NCBI GenBank assembly: GCA_022767895.1
Contig: JALENH010000216.1
Span: forward strand, 1 to 41,698
Direction of reading: 5' to 3'
DNA: 41,698 nucleotides
Source of the DNA: Eubacterium sp.
Lineage (GTDB): Bacteria; Bacillota; Clostridia; Lachnospirales; Lachnospiraceae
The notes beneath the pieces were generated by a model. It saw nothing but the letters and a program-made list of their open reading frames with translations, searched no databases and was not told the origin of the DNA. Numbering within the stretch: position 1 is the first letter of the stretch; every line of letters starts with the position of its first letter. This document shows positions 1 through 8,464 of the stretch, in pieces. The position numbers and the translations under genes are program-made.

Positions 1-14
1 TTAAACCTAATCTT

Positions 15-23
15 ATTATAGCA
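15..23 (-). promoter_or_regulatory. Extended -10 (TGcTATAAT) of a leftward promoter for a gene outside the window
   Basis: + strand attatagca at 15-23 reads TGCTATAAT on the - strand; the -35 is weak (GTGCTT at 43-38). Confidence 0.45.
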
Positions 24-60
24 TAAATAGTACAAAAAAGCACTAACAAAATCATAAAAT

Positions 61-93
61 TTGACAAAAAAATAAGCCTCTAAAGGCTATAAT
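61..93 (+). promoter_or_regulatory. Possible promoter upstream of the repeat array (perfect TTGACA and TATAAT, but 21-nt spacer)
   Basis: TTGACA 61-66, TATAAT 88-93; the spacing is non-canonical. Confidence 0.35.
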
Positions 94-130
94 AAAGGTG
101 ATAGAGAAAATGTAGATAAAAATCAAGTGT

Positions 131-390
131 CAAAGACCCGAATCCCCCAGTCTCAGCAAAGCCTAACGGTCTATACAACGCAACAAGCCAAATTGAACCG
201 TAAAACAGGGAATCCTCCGACACACCTTTACCCCCCAATTGCAGATATATCTTATTTAGTCCGTCACCCTCCAGAGATTCTGTTAACAATTACGTGTCGT
301 ATGCCCATACCCAGAATTTAGACCGTAATCCCCGATAGAACACCGGTATATTTTACGGTTCCCAGAAAAGAACAACCCATTTAGTCCGTT
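131..390 (+). repeat. Degenerate tandem array with a ~62-63 nt period, core ATTTAGWCCGT; candidate ncRNA or binding-site array
   Basis: CCGT cores at 198, 261, 323 and 386 (ATTGAACCGT, ATTTAGTCCGT, ATTTAGACCGT, ATTTAGTCCGT) plus AAGACCCGA at 133-141; second box TAACG/TTAC at 164, 228, 290 and 353. Confidence 0.65.
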
Positions 391-414
391 CCTAAACTCA
401 AGGAAATGAGAAAC

Positions 415-443
415 TTGCCACCGAAACCAAATCGTGCTATAAT
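415..443 (+). promoter_or_regulatory. sigma-A promoter of typA
   Basis: TTGCCA 415-420, 17-nt spacer, TGcTATAAT with TATAAT at 438-443. Confidence 0.8.
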
Positions 444-458
444 ACGAATTTGGTTTTT
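424..458 (+). terminator. Inverted repeat followed by a T run; possible terminator of the upstream transcript or an operator over the typA -10
   Basis: AAACCAAATCGT (424-435) / ACGAATTTGGTTT (444-456), one bulge, loop GCTATAAT, T5 at 454-458. Confidence 0.4.
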
Positions 459-479
459 GCATAAAGAATGGAGGTTTCT

Positions 480-2327
480 ATGATAACAACAAGAGAAGAT
501 ATCCGAAACATCGCCATCATCGCCCATGTCGATCATGGCAAAACAACATTAGTAGACGAATTACTCAAGCAAAGTGGTGTGTTCCGTGCCAATCAGGAGG
601 TCGCCGAGAGAGTCATGGACTCCAACGATCTGGAACGGGAACGAGGCATCACCATTTTATCCAAAAATACAGCGATTTCTTATGATGGAATCAAAATCAA
701 TATTATTGACACACCGGGGCATGCAGACTTCGGCGGTGAAGTGGAACGCGTACTGAAAATGGTCAATGGCGTCATCCTTGTGGTAGATGCTTTTGAGGGT
801 GCCATGCCACAAACTAAATTCGTACTGAAGAAAGCACTGGAATTATCCCTTCCGGTGGTGGTCTGTGTGAATAAAATCGACCGCCCTGAGGCACGTCCGG
901 AGGAAGTCGTGGATGAAATACTGGAACTTTTTATCGATTTGGATGCGGATGAATCACAACTTGACTGTCCTTTTATTTTTGCCTCCGCCAAAGAGGGCGT
1001 AGCATCGACAGAAATCGGAGTCAAGGGCACCGACATGAAACCGCTGTTCGATGCTATTATTGACTATATCCCGGCTCCGGAAGGAGACCCGGATGCAGAT
1101 ACCCAGGTACTTATCAGCACCATCGACTACAATGACTATGTGGGCCGTATCGGAATTGGCAAGGTGGATAACGGAACCATCCGAATCAATCAGGAAGCTG
1201 TCATCGTCAACCACCACGACCCGGAAAAGAACGAAAAAGTAAAAATATCCAAGCTTTATGAATTTGAAGGGCTGAACCGCGTCGAGGTGGAAGAAGCCAG
1301 CATCGGTTCCATCGTGGCCATTTCCGGAATTTCTGACATCCATATTGGGGATACTTTATGTAGTCCTGAAAATCCTCAGGCAATTCCATTTCAGAAAATT
1401 TCGGAGCCGACCATCGCCATGCATTTCATGGTCAATGACAGCCCTCTGGCAGGACAGGAAGGAAAATATGTGACCTCCCGTCACTTACGGGACCGGCTTT
1501 ACCGGATGTTAAATACCGATGTTTCCCTGCGGGTGGAAGACACCGATACAACAGAAGCTTACAAAGTATCCGGCCGCGGTGAACTGCATCTCTCGGTACT
1601 GATTGAAAATATGAGACGCGAAGGGTATGAATTTGCCGTGAGCAAAGCAGAAGTTCTCTATAAAGAAGATGAAAATGGAAAAAAACTGGAGCCCATGGAA
1701 CGTGCCTATGTGGACGTCCCGGATGAATTTACCGGCAATGTCATCGACCGCCTGAGTCAGCGAAAGGGTGAGCTGCAGGCCATGACTCCGCTGAATGCCG
1801 GCACAACTCGTCTGGAATTTCTTATCCCTTCCCGGGGACTGATTGGTTACCGTGGAGAGTTTATGACGGATACCAAGGGCAATGGCGTCATTAACACGGA
1901 ATTTGAGGGATATGGACCATTCAAAGGGGATATTCCTTATCGCAAACAAGGTTCCCTCATTGCATTTGAATCTGGCGAAACCATCACCTATGGCCTTTAT
2001 AATGCCCAGGAAAGAGGAACACTCTTTGTGGGACCCGGTGAAAAGGTTTACGGTGGCATGATTGTGGGTGAGCATGCCAAATCCGATGACATTGAGGTAA
2101 ACGTCTGTAAAAAGAAGAATCTAACCAATACCCGTTCCTCCGGTGCGGATGAGGCACTTCGCCTGACACCACCCAAAGAACTTAGTCTGGAACAGGCACT
2201 GGATTATATTGATACCGATGAACTTTTAGAGGTTACACCAGAAAATCTCCGCATCCGCAAAAAGATTCTGGATGGCACAGAACGTTACCGTGCAAAAAGA
2301 AATGCCGCAAATGCAGCAAAAAGTTAA
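480..2327 (+). CDS. typA: Translational GTPase TypA/BipA
   Basis: IRNIAIIAHVDHGKTT, ERERGITILSK, DTPGHADFGGEVER, SGRGELHL, C-terminal ELLEVTP; start moved from 468 to ATG 480 because GGAGG lies at 470-474. Confidence 0.98.
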   Translation: MITTREDIRNIAIIAHVDHGKTTLVDELLKQSGVFRANQEVAERVMDSNDLERERGITILSKNTAISYDGIKINIIDTPGHADFGGEVERVLKMVNGVILVVDAFEGAMPQTKFVLKKALELSLPVVVCVNKIDRPEARPEEVVDEILELFIDLDADESQLDCPFIFASAKEGVASTEIGVKGTDMKPLFDAIIDYIPAPEGDPDADTQVLISTIDYNDYVGRIGIGKVDNGTIRINQEAVIVNHHDPEKNEKVKISKLYEFEGLNRVEVEEASIGSIVAISGISDIHIGDTLCSPENPQAIPFQKISEPTIAMHFMVNDSPLAGQEGKYVTSRHLRDRLYRMLNTDVSLRVEDTDTTEAYKVSGRGELHLSVLIENMRREGYEFAVSKAEVLYKEDENGKKLEPMERAYVDVPDEFTGNVIDRLSQRKGELQAMTPLNAGTTRLEFLIPSRGLIGYRGEFMTDTKGNGVINTEFEGYGPFKGDIPYRKQGSLIAFESGETITYGLYNAQERGTLFVGPGEKVYGGMIVGEHAKSDDIEVNVCKKKNLTNTRSSGADEALRLTPPKELSLEQALDYIDTDELLEVTPENLRIRKKILDGTERYRAKRNAANAAKS

Positions 2328-2339
2328 ACGAGGTGTGTT

Positions 2340-3245
2340 ATGCTAGACTGGAAACCGATTTCTCCATTTGTCCAAAAGGAATTTGCCAAATATGAATCCC
2401 TCCGCCCTCTCTACATCAGTGAAGGGCACTATCTGAACCAGTTTTTGTGGGAGCACTATTATCAGACAAAATATGCGACAGACGACAAGGCACTCTATAT
2501 ATCCATAAAAATTCACGGCCACCATGGCGTCTTTGCACCTCTCTGCCGGGAAGCTGACCTGCCGGAAGTATTCCATCGGCTGGAAAACCAGTTTCATGAC
2601 AAGTGGCAGGAGCCTGCCAGATTTTATAACATTGACAGCCGGATGGTTGAAATCCTGAAAGACGCCGGGTGTCTTAGCGACTATGAGATTGTACCGGACC
2701 GGGACAGTTTTGATTACCTCTATGATGCGGACAAACTGCGGACTCTCAGTGGCAAGGCCATGCACAAGAAGAAAAATCTGTTAAACGGATTTATCCGGGA
2801 ATACGAGGGACACTTTCAGTACGAAACACTGGGCATCCAAAACATAAAAGAAATCGAGGCTTTCCATGAAAAATGGATGGACGAAAGACGCATTTATGAC
2901 AAATACAACTGTATTGATGATGAAGAGGATGGTATTTACCGTCTTTTCGGAAACTGCCGCTCCATCAACTGCAAGATGGGAGGCGTCCGGATTGATGGGG
3001 ATCTGAAGGCCTATACCATCGGTTCCTATGTGCCGGATATCAATCTTGCCATTATCCATATCGAAAAGGCGGATGTAGGCTATCGGGGGTTATACAACTA
3101 TATCAACCAGCAGTTTATTCTTCATGAATTCCCGGAGGCCGTCATTGTGAACCGGGAGGATGATCTGGGACAGGAGAATCTGCGACAGGCAAAACTCTCC
3201 TACCGGCCCATCCGGCTGGAGGAGAAATTCACGCTGCGAGAATGA
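2340..3245 (+). CDS. DUF2156 / phosphatidylglycerol lysyltransferase C-terminal-like domain protein
   Basis: DYLY..LRTLSGK.MHKKKN, IHIEKA, GLYNYINQ, NREDDLG.ENLRQAKLSYRP motifs; RBS GAGGTG. Confidence 0.85.
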   Translation: MLDWKPISPFVQKEFAKYESLRPLYISEGHYLNQFLWEHYYQTKYATDDKALYISIKIHGHHGVFAPLCREADLPEVFHRLENQFHDKWQEPARFYNIDSRMVEILKDAGCLSDYEIVPDRDSFDYLYDADKLRTLSGKAMHKKKNLLNGFIREYEGHFQYETLGIQNIKEIEAFHEKWMDERRIYDKYNCIDDEEDGIYRLFGNCRSINCKMGGVRIDGDLKAYTIGSYVPDINLAIIHIEKADVGYRGLYNYINQQFILHEFPEAVIVNREDDLGQENLRQAKLSYRPIRLEEKFTLRE

Positions 3246-3278
3246 AACAAATGTAATCCCATTTGCTGATACCAAAAT

Positions 3279-4247
3279 TTACTCCGTCTCCTCGACCCGA
3301 TTCAGCACATCCTGAATGGCGAACCTTGGACGAGCTTTTGTTTCCAGATACATTTTTCCAATGTACTCACCAATCACACCGATTGCCAGCAACTGTAATC
3401 CGCCCAGTGCCCAAATAGAAACCATCAGACTGCTCCACCCTAACACGGTAGCACCCATAAAATGACGCACCAGCGAATAAATCAAAATCCCCAGACTGAC
3501 AAGAAAAATCAACAGTCCGATACTCATAATAAACCGAATCGGCTTAATACTGAACGAAGTTATTCCATCAAACGCAAACGATAACATCTTTTTTAATGGG
3601 TATTTACTTTCCCCTGCGAACCGCTCATTTCGCTCATAATATACATTATCAGACGGATAGCCAATCAGTGGCACGATTCCACGCAGGAACAAATTCACTT
3701 CTTTGTAATTCTCCATCTGCTCCAGCACTCTTTTGCTCATAAGACGGTAATCCGCATGATTGAACACAATGTCAACTCCCATCCACTTCATAAACTTATA
3801 GAATCCTTCTGCGGTAAATTTTTTGAAAAAGGTATCTTTCTTCCGGCTGCTGCGCACTCCGTATACCACATCTATTCCTGCATTGAACTTGTCCACCATC
3901 TCATCAATTGCATGAATGTCATCCTGCAAATCAGCATCCATGGAAATTGCCGCATCACAGTATTCTTTCGCATACATCAATCCTGCTAATACAGCATTTT
4001 GATGTCCCCGATTACGTGACAGATTGAGTCCACTGACCAACGTATATTCTTCATGTAGGCGTGCGATAATCGGCCACGTCTGATCTTTGGAACCATCATT
4101 GACATAGAGAATACGGCTTTTTTCACTAATTTTTTCTGCATCAATCAAACTCTGAATCTTCGCCGTCAATTGTCTCGTGGTTTCATCTAACACCTCTTCT
4201 TCATTATAACAAGGTACCACCATATAGATTACCTTCTTTTTGCCCAT
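3279..4247 (-). CDS. GT2 polyprenol-phosphate glycosyltransferase (GtrB/YkcC/CsbB-like)
   Basis: VVPCYNEE, NDGSKD, LSRNRGHQ, DADLQD, ERFAGESKY, two C-terminal TM helices, GEYIGK. Confidence 0.92.
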   Translation of the reverse strand: MGKKKVIYMVVPCYNEEEVLDETTRQLTAKIQSLIDAEKISEKSRILYVNDGSKDQTWPIIARLHEEYTLVSGLNLSRNRGHQNAVLAGLMYAKEYCDAAISMDADLQDDIHAIDEMVDKFNAGIDVVYGVRSSRKKDTFFKKFTAEGFYKFMKWMGVDIVFNHADYRLMSKRVLEQMENYKEVNLFLRGIVPLIGYPSDNVYYERNERFAGESKYPLKKMLSFAFDGITSFSIKPIRFIMSIGLLIFLVSLGILIYSLVRHFMGATVLGWSSLMVSIWALGGLQLLAIGVIGEYIGKMYLETKARPRFAIQDVLNRVEETE

Positions 4248-4294
4248 TTTTATTTCTCCTTCTCTTGTCCTTATCGAAAAAATCTGCTTTTTTT

Positions 4295-4323
4295 ATTATA
4301 ACACATTTTGTTTCTAATAGCAA
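4295..4323 (-). promoter_or_regulatory. sigma-A promoter for the 3279-4247 GT2
   Basis: - strand TTGCTA (4323-4318), 17 nt, TGtTATAAT (4300-4295). Confidence 0.65.
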
Positions 4324-4336
4324 AATGAATATCTGC

Positions 4337-4365
4337 TTGAATATGCGGACAAAAGGGATTATACT
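4337..4365 (+). promoter_or_regulatory. sigma-A promoter for the GT2-GtrA gene (divergent partner)
   Basis: TTGAAT 4337-4342, 17 nt, TATACT 4360-4365. Confidence 0.6.
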
Positions 4366-4401
4366 AATAAGTACTTTGAGTAAGAAACAGGGGGAAAGGT
4401 T

Positions 4402-5499
4402 TTGGGGAATTACAAAGAAAGAATTGCCATCATTATTCCGGCTCTTGACCCGGATGACCGCATGGTGTCTCTTGTAAAAGAACTTCATTCGGATGGATAT
4501 ACCAACATAATTCTTGTAGATGACGGGAGCATCATTTCCAATCGAAAATATTTTAAAGAATGCAAAGAAAATTATGGCTGCAAAATCATACGCCATGTTG
4601 TCAATTTTGGAAAGGGTATCGCCTTGAAATCTGCCTTTAACCACATTCTTGAGCATTGTCCGGACATTCTCGGCGCTGTGACTGTAGACTGTGACGGGCA
4701 GCATGTGCTGGCGGATATTAACACTTGTGCGGAATTAACATACCGGAATCCGGACAAGCTGATTCTGGGCTGCCGCAAGTTTGATGACAGGGAAATTCCA
4801 TTCCGCAGCCGTTTTGGCAACAAGGTGACCCGTCAGGTGATTCGTTTGCTCTGTGGCATCAACGTTTCAGACACACAGACCGGACTTCGGGGTCTACCTA
4901 CTCCTCTCATCCGGGAGCATTTTGCCAATGTCAAGGGAGAGCGCTTTGAATATGAGATGAATATGTTGCTGGCTGCCCGGGAGTATCAGATTCCTATTGA
5001 AGAATTTCCGATTGAAACCATTTATCTAAAAAACAATGAGAGTTCACATTTCAATCCCTTTTTGGATTCCATACGAATCTATAAAGTATTTTTGAAATTT
5101 ATGCTTAGCTCTCTCTCAAGTTTTGTTATAGACATCGTTATGTACTGGGTTCTGGGATATATCCTGCGGCCTATTATTTCGGATGACTTAATGCTGCCAT
5201 TTTTTGATTTGTCAGTGCTGATTTTGATGCGAACAGTGATATCACGTTTGGCCAGTTCTCTGTTCAACTTCTTTATCAACAAAAATCAGGTGTTTAAAAA
5301 TGATTCTCATTCACCAGTACTTATTGTAAAATACTATTCCCTGGTGATTGTCCAGCTATTGCTTTCCGCCTTTTTGGTAAATCATCTGCTGACTTTCATC
5401 ACCTATTCAACACTACGGAAGTGTATCATCGACACACTATTGTTTACAATCAGTTTCCAGATTCAGAGAGAATGGGTATTTCGAAAGTCCGCCAAATAG
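4402..5499 (+). CDS. Bifunctional GT2 / GtrA-family flippase
   Basis: IIIPAL, VDDGS, NFGKGIALK, TVDCDGQH, DTQTGLRG, RFEYEM; C-terminal four-TM GtrA-like region; TTG start after GGGGAAAGG. Confidence 0.88.
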   Translation: MGNYKERIAIIIPALDPDDRMVSLVKELHSDGYTNIILVDDGSIISNRKYFKECKENYGCKIIRHVVNFGKGIALKSAFNHILEHCPDILGAVTVDCDGQHVLADINTCAELTYRNPDKLILGCRKFDDREIPFRSRFGNKVTRQVIRLLCGINVSDTQTGLRGLPTPLIREHFANVKGERFEYEMNMLLAAREYQIPIEEFPIETIYLKNNESSHFNPFLDSIRIYKVFLKFMLSSLSSFVIDIVMYWVLGYILRPIISDDLMLPFFDLSVLILMRTVISRLASSLFNFFINKNQVFKNDSHSPVLIVKYYSLVIVQLLLSAFLVNHLLTFITYSTLRKCIIDTLLFTISFQIQREWVFRKSAK

Positions 5500-5523
5500 A
5501 CCTTTGGGAATGATGCCGAACAT

Positions 5524-5552
5524 TTGACTTTTCTCTGCCAAATCGGTATAGT
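5524..5552 (+). promoter_or_regulatory. sigma-A promoter for the 5592 operon
   Basis: TTGACT 5524-5529, 17 nt, TATAGT 5547-5552. Confidence 0.7.
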
Positions 5553-5591
5553 AATATGGTATGAGATACTATAGGAAAGGAACAAAGAACA

Positions 5592-7676
5592 ATGGACAAG
5601 CGTTTCCGTTATATGACCAGACAGAATATATCCTATTATAAAAACCGAATAAAATATGGGATTTCCAAACTAACCTATACTATTTCTGACAATATGATTT
5701 TGTTTGAATCCTATGGAGGAAAAAAATATAACGACAGTGTCCGTGCCATTTACGAGGAGCTTTTGCGGGATGAACGATACCGCTCCTTTTATTTTGTGTG
5801 GGCATTTCAGGATCCTTCCCAGTATCTTTTCCTTTTGGAAAATCATCACACGATTCTTGTCCGCAAAGGAAGTCGGGAATACCGCCGCTACTATGCAGCC
5901 GCCCGTTTCTGGATTAACAATGTGACGGTGCCGGATTATCTGACACCTTCCAAGCATCAGATTTATATAGAAACCTGGCACGGTACGCCACTGAAGCGGC
6001 TTGGTTGTGATATACACACAGAATCGGATCCCCGGCAGACAATGCATCATATGCACAAGAGGTATCGGGCGAAAGGAAAAAAGGTGACCTATTTTCCTTC
6101 TCCTTCTCCTTATTATGAAGAAAAAATAGCTTCTGCTTTTCATCTTTCCAACGAAAAAAGGAGACACTTTATTGAGAGCGGCTATCCACGTAATGACCAG
6201 CTTTTCAATACCTCTACCGAAGAAATCAGACGATTGAAAGAAAAATGGCAGATTCCGGAAGGGAAAAAGGTTTTATTATATACACCAACCTGGCGAGATT
6301 CTTCTTTGGACGAGGAGGGACATTTCTCACTGCCACAGGGAGTCGATTTGAAAACTGTGATGGAACAGCTCGGAGAAGACTATATTCTTTTGTTCCGTGC
6401 CCATCACCAGATTGGAGAAAAAATTTCCTTCGATGATTGTGAGCAAATCATTAACGTCAGCGAGGCAGAAGAAATTAATGAACTCTATCTCATCAGTGAC
6501 CTGATGATTACCGACTACTCTTCTACCCTGTTTGATTATGCCAATCTCATGCGGCCCATGGTGTTCCATATGTATGACCGTGACCGCTACGACAAAGAAA
6601 TCCGTGGCTTTTATCTGGAACCGGAGGAACTTCCGGGACCAATAACCACGTCGGATGAAGAATTGATAGAAGCGATACGGGAACAGGAAAATCATTTCCC
6701 ATTTAAGGAAAAGCAGGCTGCTTTCAATCAAAGATTTAATCCCTATGAAGATGGCAATTCCGCAAAACGGGTAATTGACCAGTGCATCACACTGCAGCCA
6801 CATAAAAGAACGATTTGGGAGCGTTTTGTACGCTATTCCAAAAAGACACTAAACCGAATCCGTATTTTATACCAGCTATTTCACTATAATATACTTGGAT
6901 TCTTCCGCTCCCATGGCTTGTTCCATAACAACAACAGTCTTCGCCTGGAAGGGCTCAAAGACACTCACAAAGGAGAGCGATGCTTTCTCATCGGAAATGG
7001 CCCCAGCCTGACTGGGGAAGATCTTGACCTTTTAAAGAATGAGTATACATTCGGTACCAACATGGTATACAAAATATTTGACAAGACAGAATGGCGCCCT
7101 TCTTTCCACTGCGTATCAGATACAATATACGCATCCAAACTGGGACTGGAATTATCGAAAATGGTTAAATCTCCTCTTTTTACAACAGAGAGAACATATC
7201 GCCGAATGCGAAAAAAACCAATCGATACTACCTATGTGCACACCATTCAGACAGAGCGCTATAAAGTCAGGGGGAATATTCAGGCCTACTGTATGATAAA
7301 AGCCACCGTACTTTCCCTTGCTGCTGAAATGGCTTTCCACATGGGATTTTCCGAAATTTATCTTCTCGGCGTAGACTGTACCAATCCCCATGACAAGGGC
7401 GGTCATTTCACGGATAACTACGCAACGAAGGAAGTGGCCGAGACTGATATCAACCGTATTAAAACGAGAATGAATGCAAGAACTCTTACCACCAAACAGA
7501 TTGGTGACCATATTATAGACCGTTCCATGGAGGTATATGCCCTTCTGGACGAATATGCTTCCAAACACGGAATCCGGATTTATAACGCCACTCGGGGTGG
7601 CAATCTGGAAATTTTCCCCCGGGTCAAGCTGGAAGATGTATTGAACAATAACTGTGGAGGAGATGAAAACGTATGA
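5592..7676 (+). CDS. CDP-glycerol glycerophosphotransferase (TagF/TagB family) fused to a DUF115/Maf/GT42-like domain
   Basis: N-part: TWHGTPLKRLG, GYPRND, LYTPTWRD, ITDYSSTLFDY; C-part: CFLIGNGPSL, MGFSEIYLLGVD, IYNATRGGNLEIFPRV. Confidence 0.85.
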   Translation: MDKRFRYMTRQNISYYKNRIKYGISKLTYTISDNMILFESYGGKKYNDSVRAIYEELLRDERYRSFYFVWAFQDPSQYLFLLENHHTILVRKGSREYRRYYAAARFWINNVTVPDYLTPSKHQIYIETWHGTPLKRLGCDIHTESDPRQTMHHMHKRYRAKGKKVTYFPSPSPYYEEKIASAFHLSNEKRRHFIESGYPRNDQLFNTSTEEIRRLKEKWQIPEGKKVLLYTPTWRDSSLDEEGHFSLPQGVDLKTVMEQLGEDYILLFRAHHQIGEKISFDDCEQIINVSEAEEINELYLISDLMITDYSSTLFDYANLMRPMVFHMYDRDRYDKEIRGFYLEPEELPGPITTSDEELIEAIREQENHFPFKEKQAAFNQRFNPYEDGNSAKRVIDQCITLQPHKRTIWERFVRYSKKTLNRIRILYQLFHYNILGFFRSHGLFHNNNSLRLEGLKDTHKGERCFLIGNGPSLTGEDLDLLKNEYTFGTNMVYKIFDKTEWRPSFHCVSDTIYASKLGLELSKMVKSPLFTTERTYRRMRKKPIDTTYVHTIQTERYKVRGNIQAYCMIKATVLSLAAEMAFHMGFSEIYLLGVDCTNPHDKGGHFTDNYATKEVAETDINRIKTRMNARTLTTKQIGDHIIDRSMEVYALLDEYASKHGIRIYNATRGGNLEIFPRVKLEDVLNNNCGGDENV

Positions 7677-8407
7677 AGATTATAGGTGTCATCCCTGCCC
7701 GCTATAAATCCAGCCGTTTTCCCGGCAAGCCACTGGTAGATATCTGTGGCAAGCCAATGATTTACTGGGTTTACAGACAGGCAATGAAGGTAAAGGAATT
7801 TAATGAAGTTTATATTGCTACCGATGATGAGCGGATTCGCGCTGCCTGTGACCAGTACGGAATGAAAGTGATTATGACCTCGGACAAGCACAATACCGGC
7901 TCGGATCGTGTGGCAGAGGTGGCAGAAAAAACCGACGGCGATTTATACGTCAATGTGCAGGGAGATGAGCCTGTCATCAATCCGGAAATGATTCGCGAAG
8001 TCATCTCCATCTTTCAGGAAGATGAGACCGTGTATTTCGGCAGTCTGAAGAAGGAAATTACGGATTCGGATGAAATTCAGGCTACCAGTACTGTAAAGGT
8101 TGTAACCGACGACAAGGGAGATGCCATGTATTTCTCCCGTTCTGTCATCCCCTCCAATCTAAAGGATGGCAAACTGGCAAGAGTATTCCGCCACGTAGGA
8201 ATTTACGCCTACAAAAAAGAGTTTCTTCTGAAATTTGCGGCCATGGAGCAGACGGAACTGGAATTGGGTGAGGGAATCGAGCCTCTCCGTGCCATGCAGA
8301 AAGGTTACAAAATGCGGCTGAAAGAAACCACCTACTCATCCATTGGGGTGGATCTGCCGGAACATGTAGCCCTTGTGGAAAAAATTATCCGTAAGGAAAC
8401 CGATTAA
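7673..8407 (+). CDS. kdsB: 3-deoxy-manno-octulosonate cytidylyltransferase (CMP-Kdo synthetase)-like
   Basis: VIPARYKSSRFPGKPL, IATDD, TGSDRVAE, VNVQGDEP, YFSRS.IP, HVGIYAY, GVD; ATGA overlap with the upstream gene. Confidence 0.9.
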   Translation: MKIIGVIPARYKSSRFPGKPLVDICGKPMIYWVYRQAMKVKEFNEVYIATDDERIRAACDQYGMKVIMTSDKHNTGSDRVAEVAEKTDGDLYVNVQGDEPVINPEMIREVISIFQEDETVYFGSLKKEITDSDEIQATSTVKVVTDDKGDAMYFSRSVIPSNLKDGKLARVFRHVGIYAYKKEFLLKFAAMEQTELELGEGIEPLRAMQKGYKMRLKETTYSSIGVDLPEHVALVEKIIRKETD

Positions 8408-8410
8408 CAT

Positions 8411-8439
8411 TTGACATCATCCTATAGAAAGCGTATTCT
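8411..8439 (+). promoter_or_regulatory. Internal promoter upstream of the aldolase
   Basis: TTGACA 8411-8416, 17 nt, TATTCT 8434-8439. Confidence 0.55.
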
Positions 8440-8464
8440 GTGATAGGAATTGAAGGAGGTTACT

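Noticed and set aside
80-321. Short ORFs 80-289 (-) and 127-321 (+)
   Set aside because: No convincing RBS or recognisable protein; they overlap the periodic array, whose 62/63-nt spacing does not keep a reading frame
131-390. Canonical CRISPR array
   Set aside because: The conserved part is only ~11 nt and degenerate rather than a 23-47 nt identical repeat, and no cas genes are in the window. Kept instead as an unexplained array.
468-479. ORF-track start for typA
   Set aside because: This ATG overlaps the GGAGG RBS; ATG 480 is properly spaced
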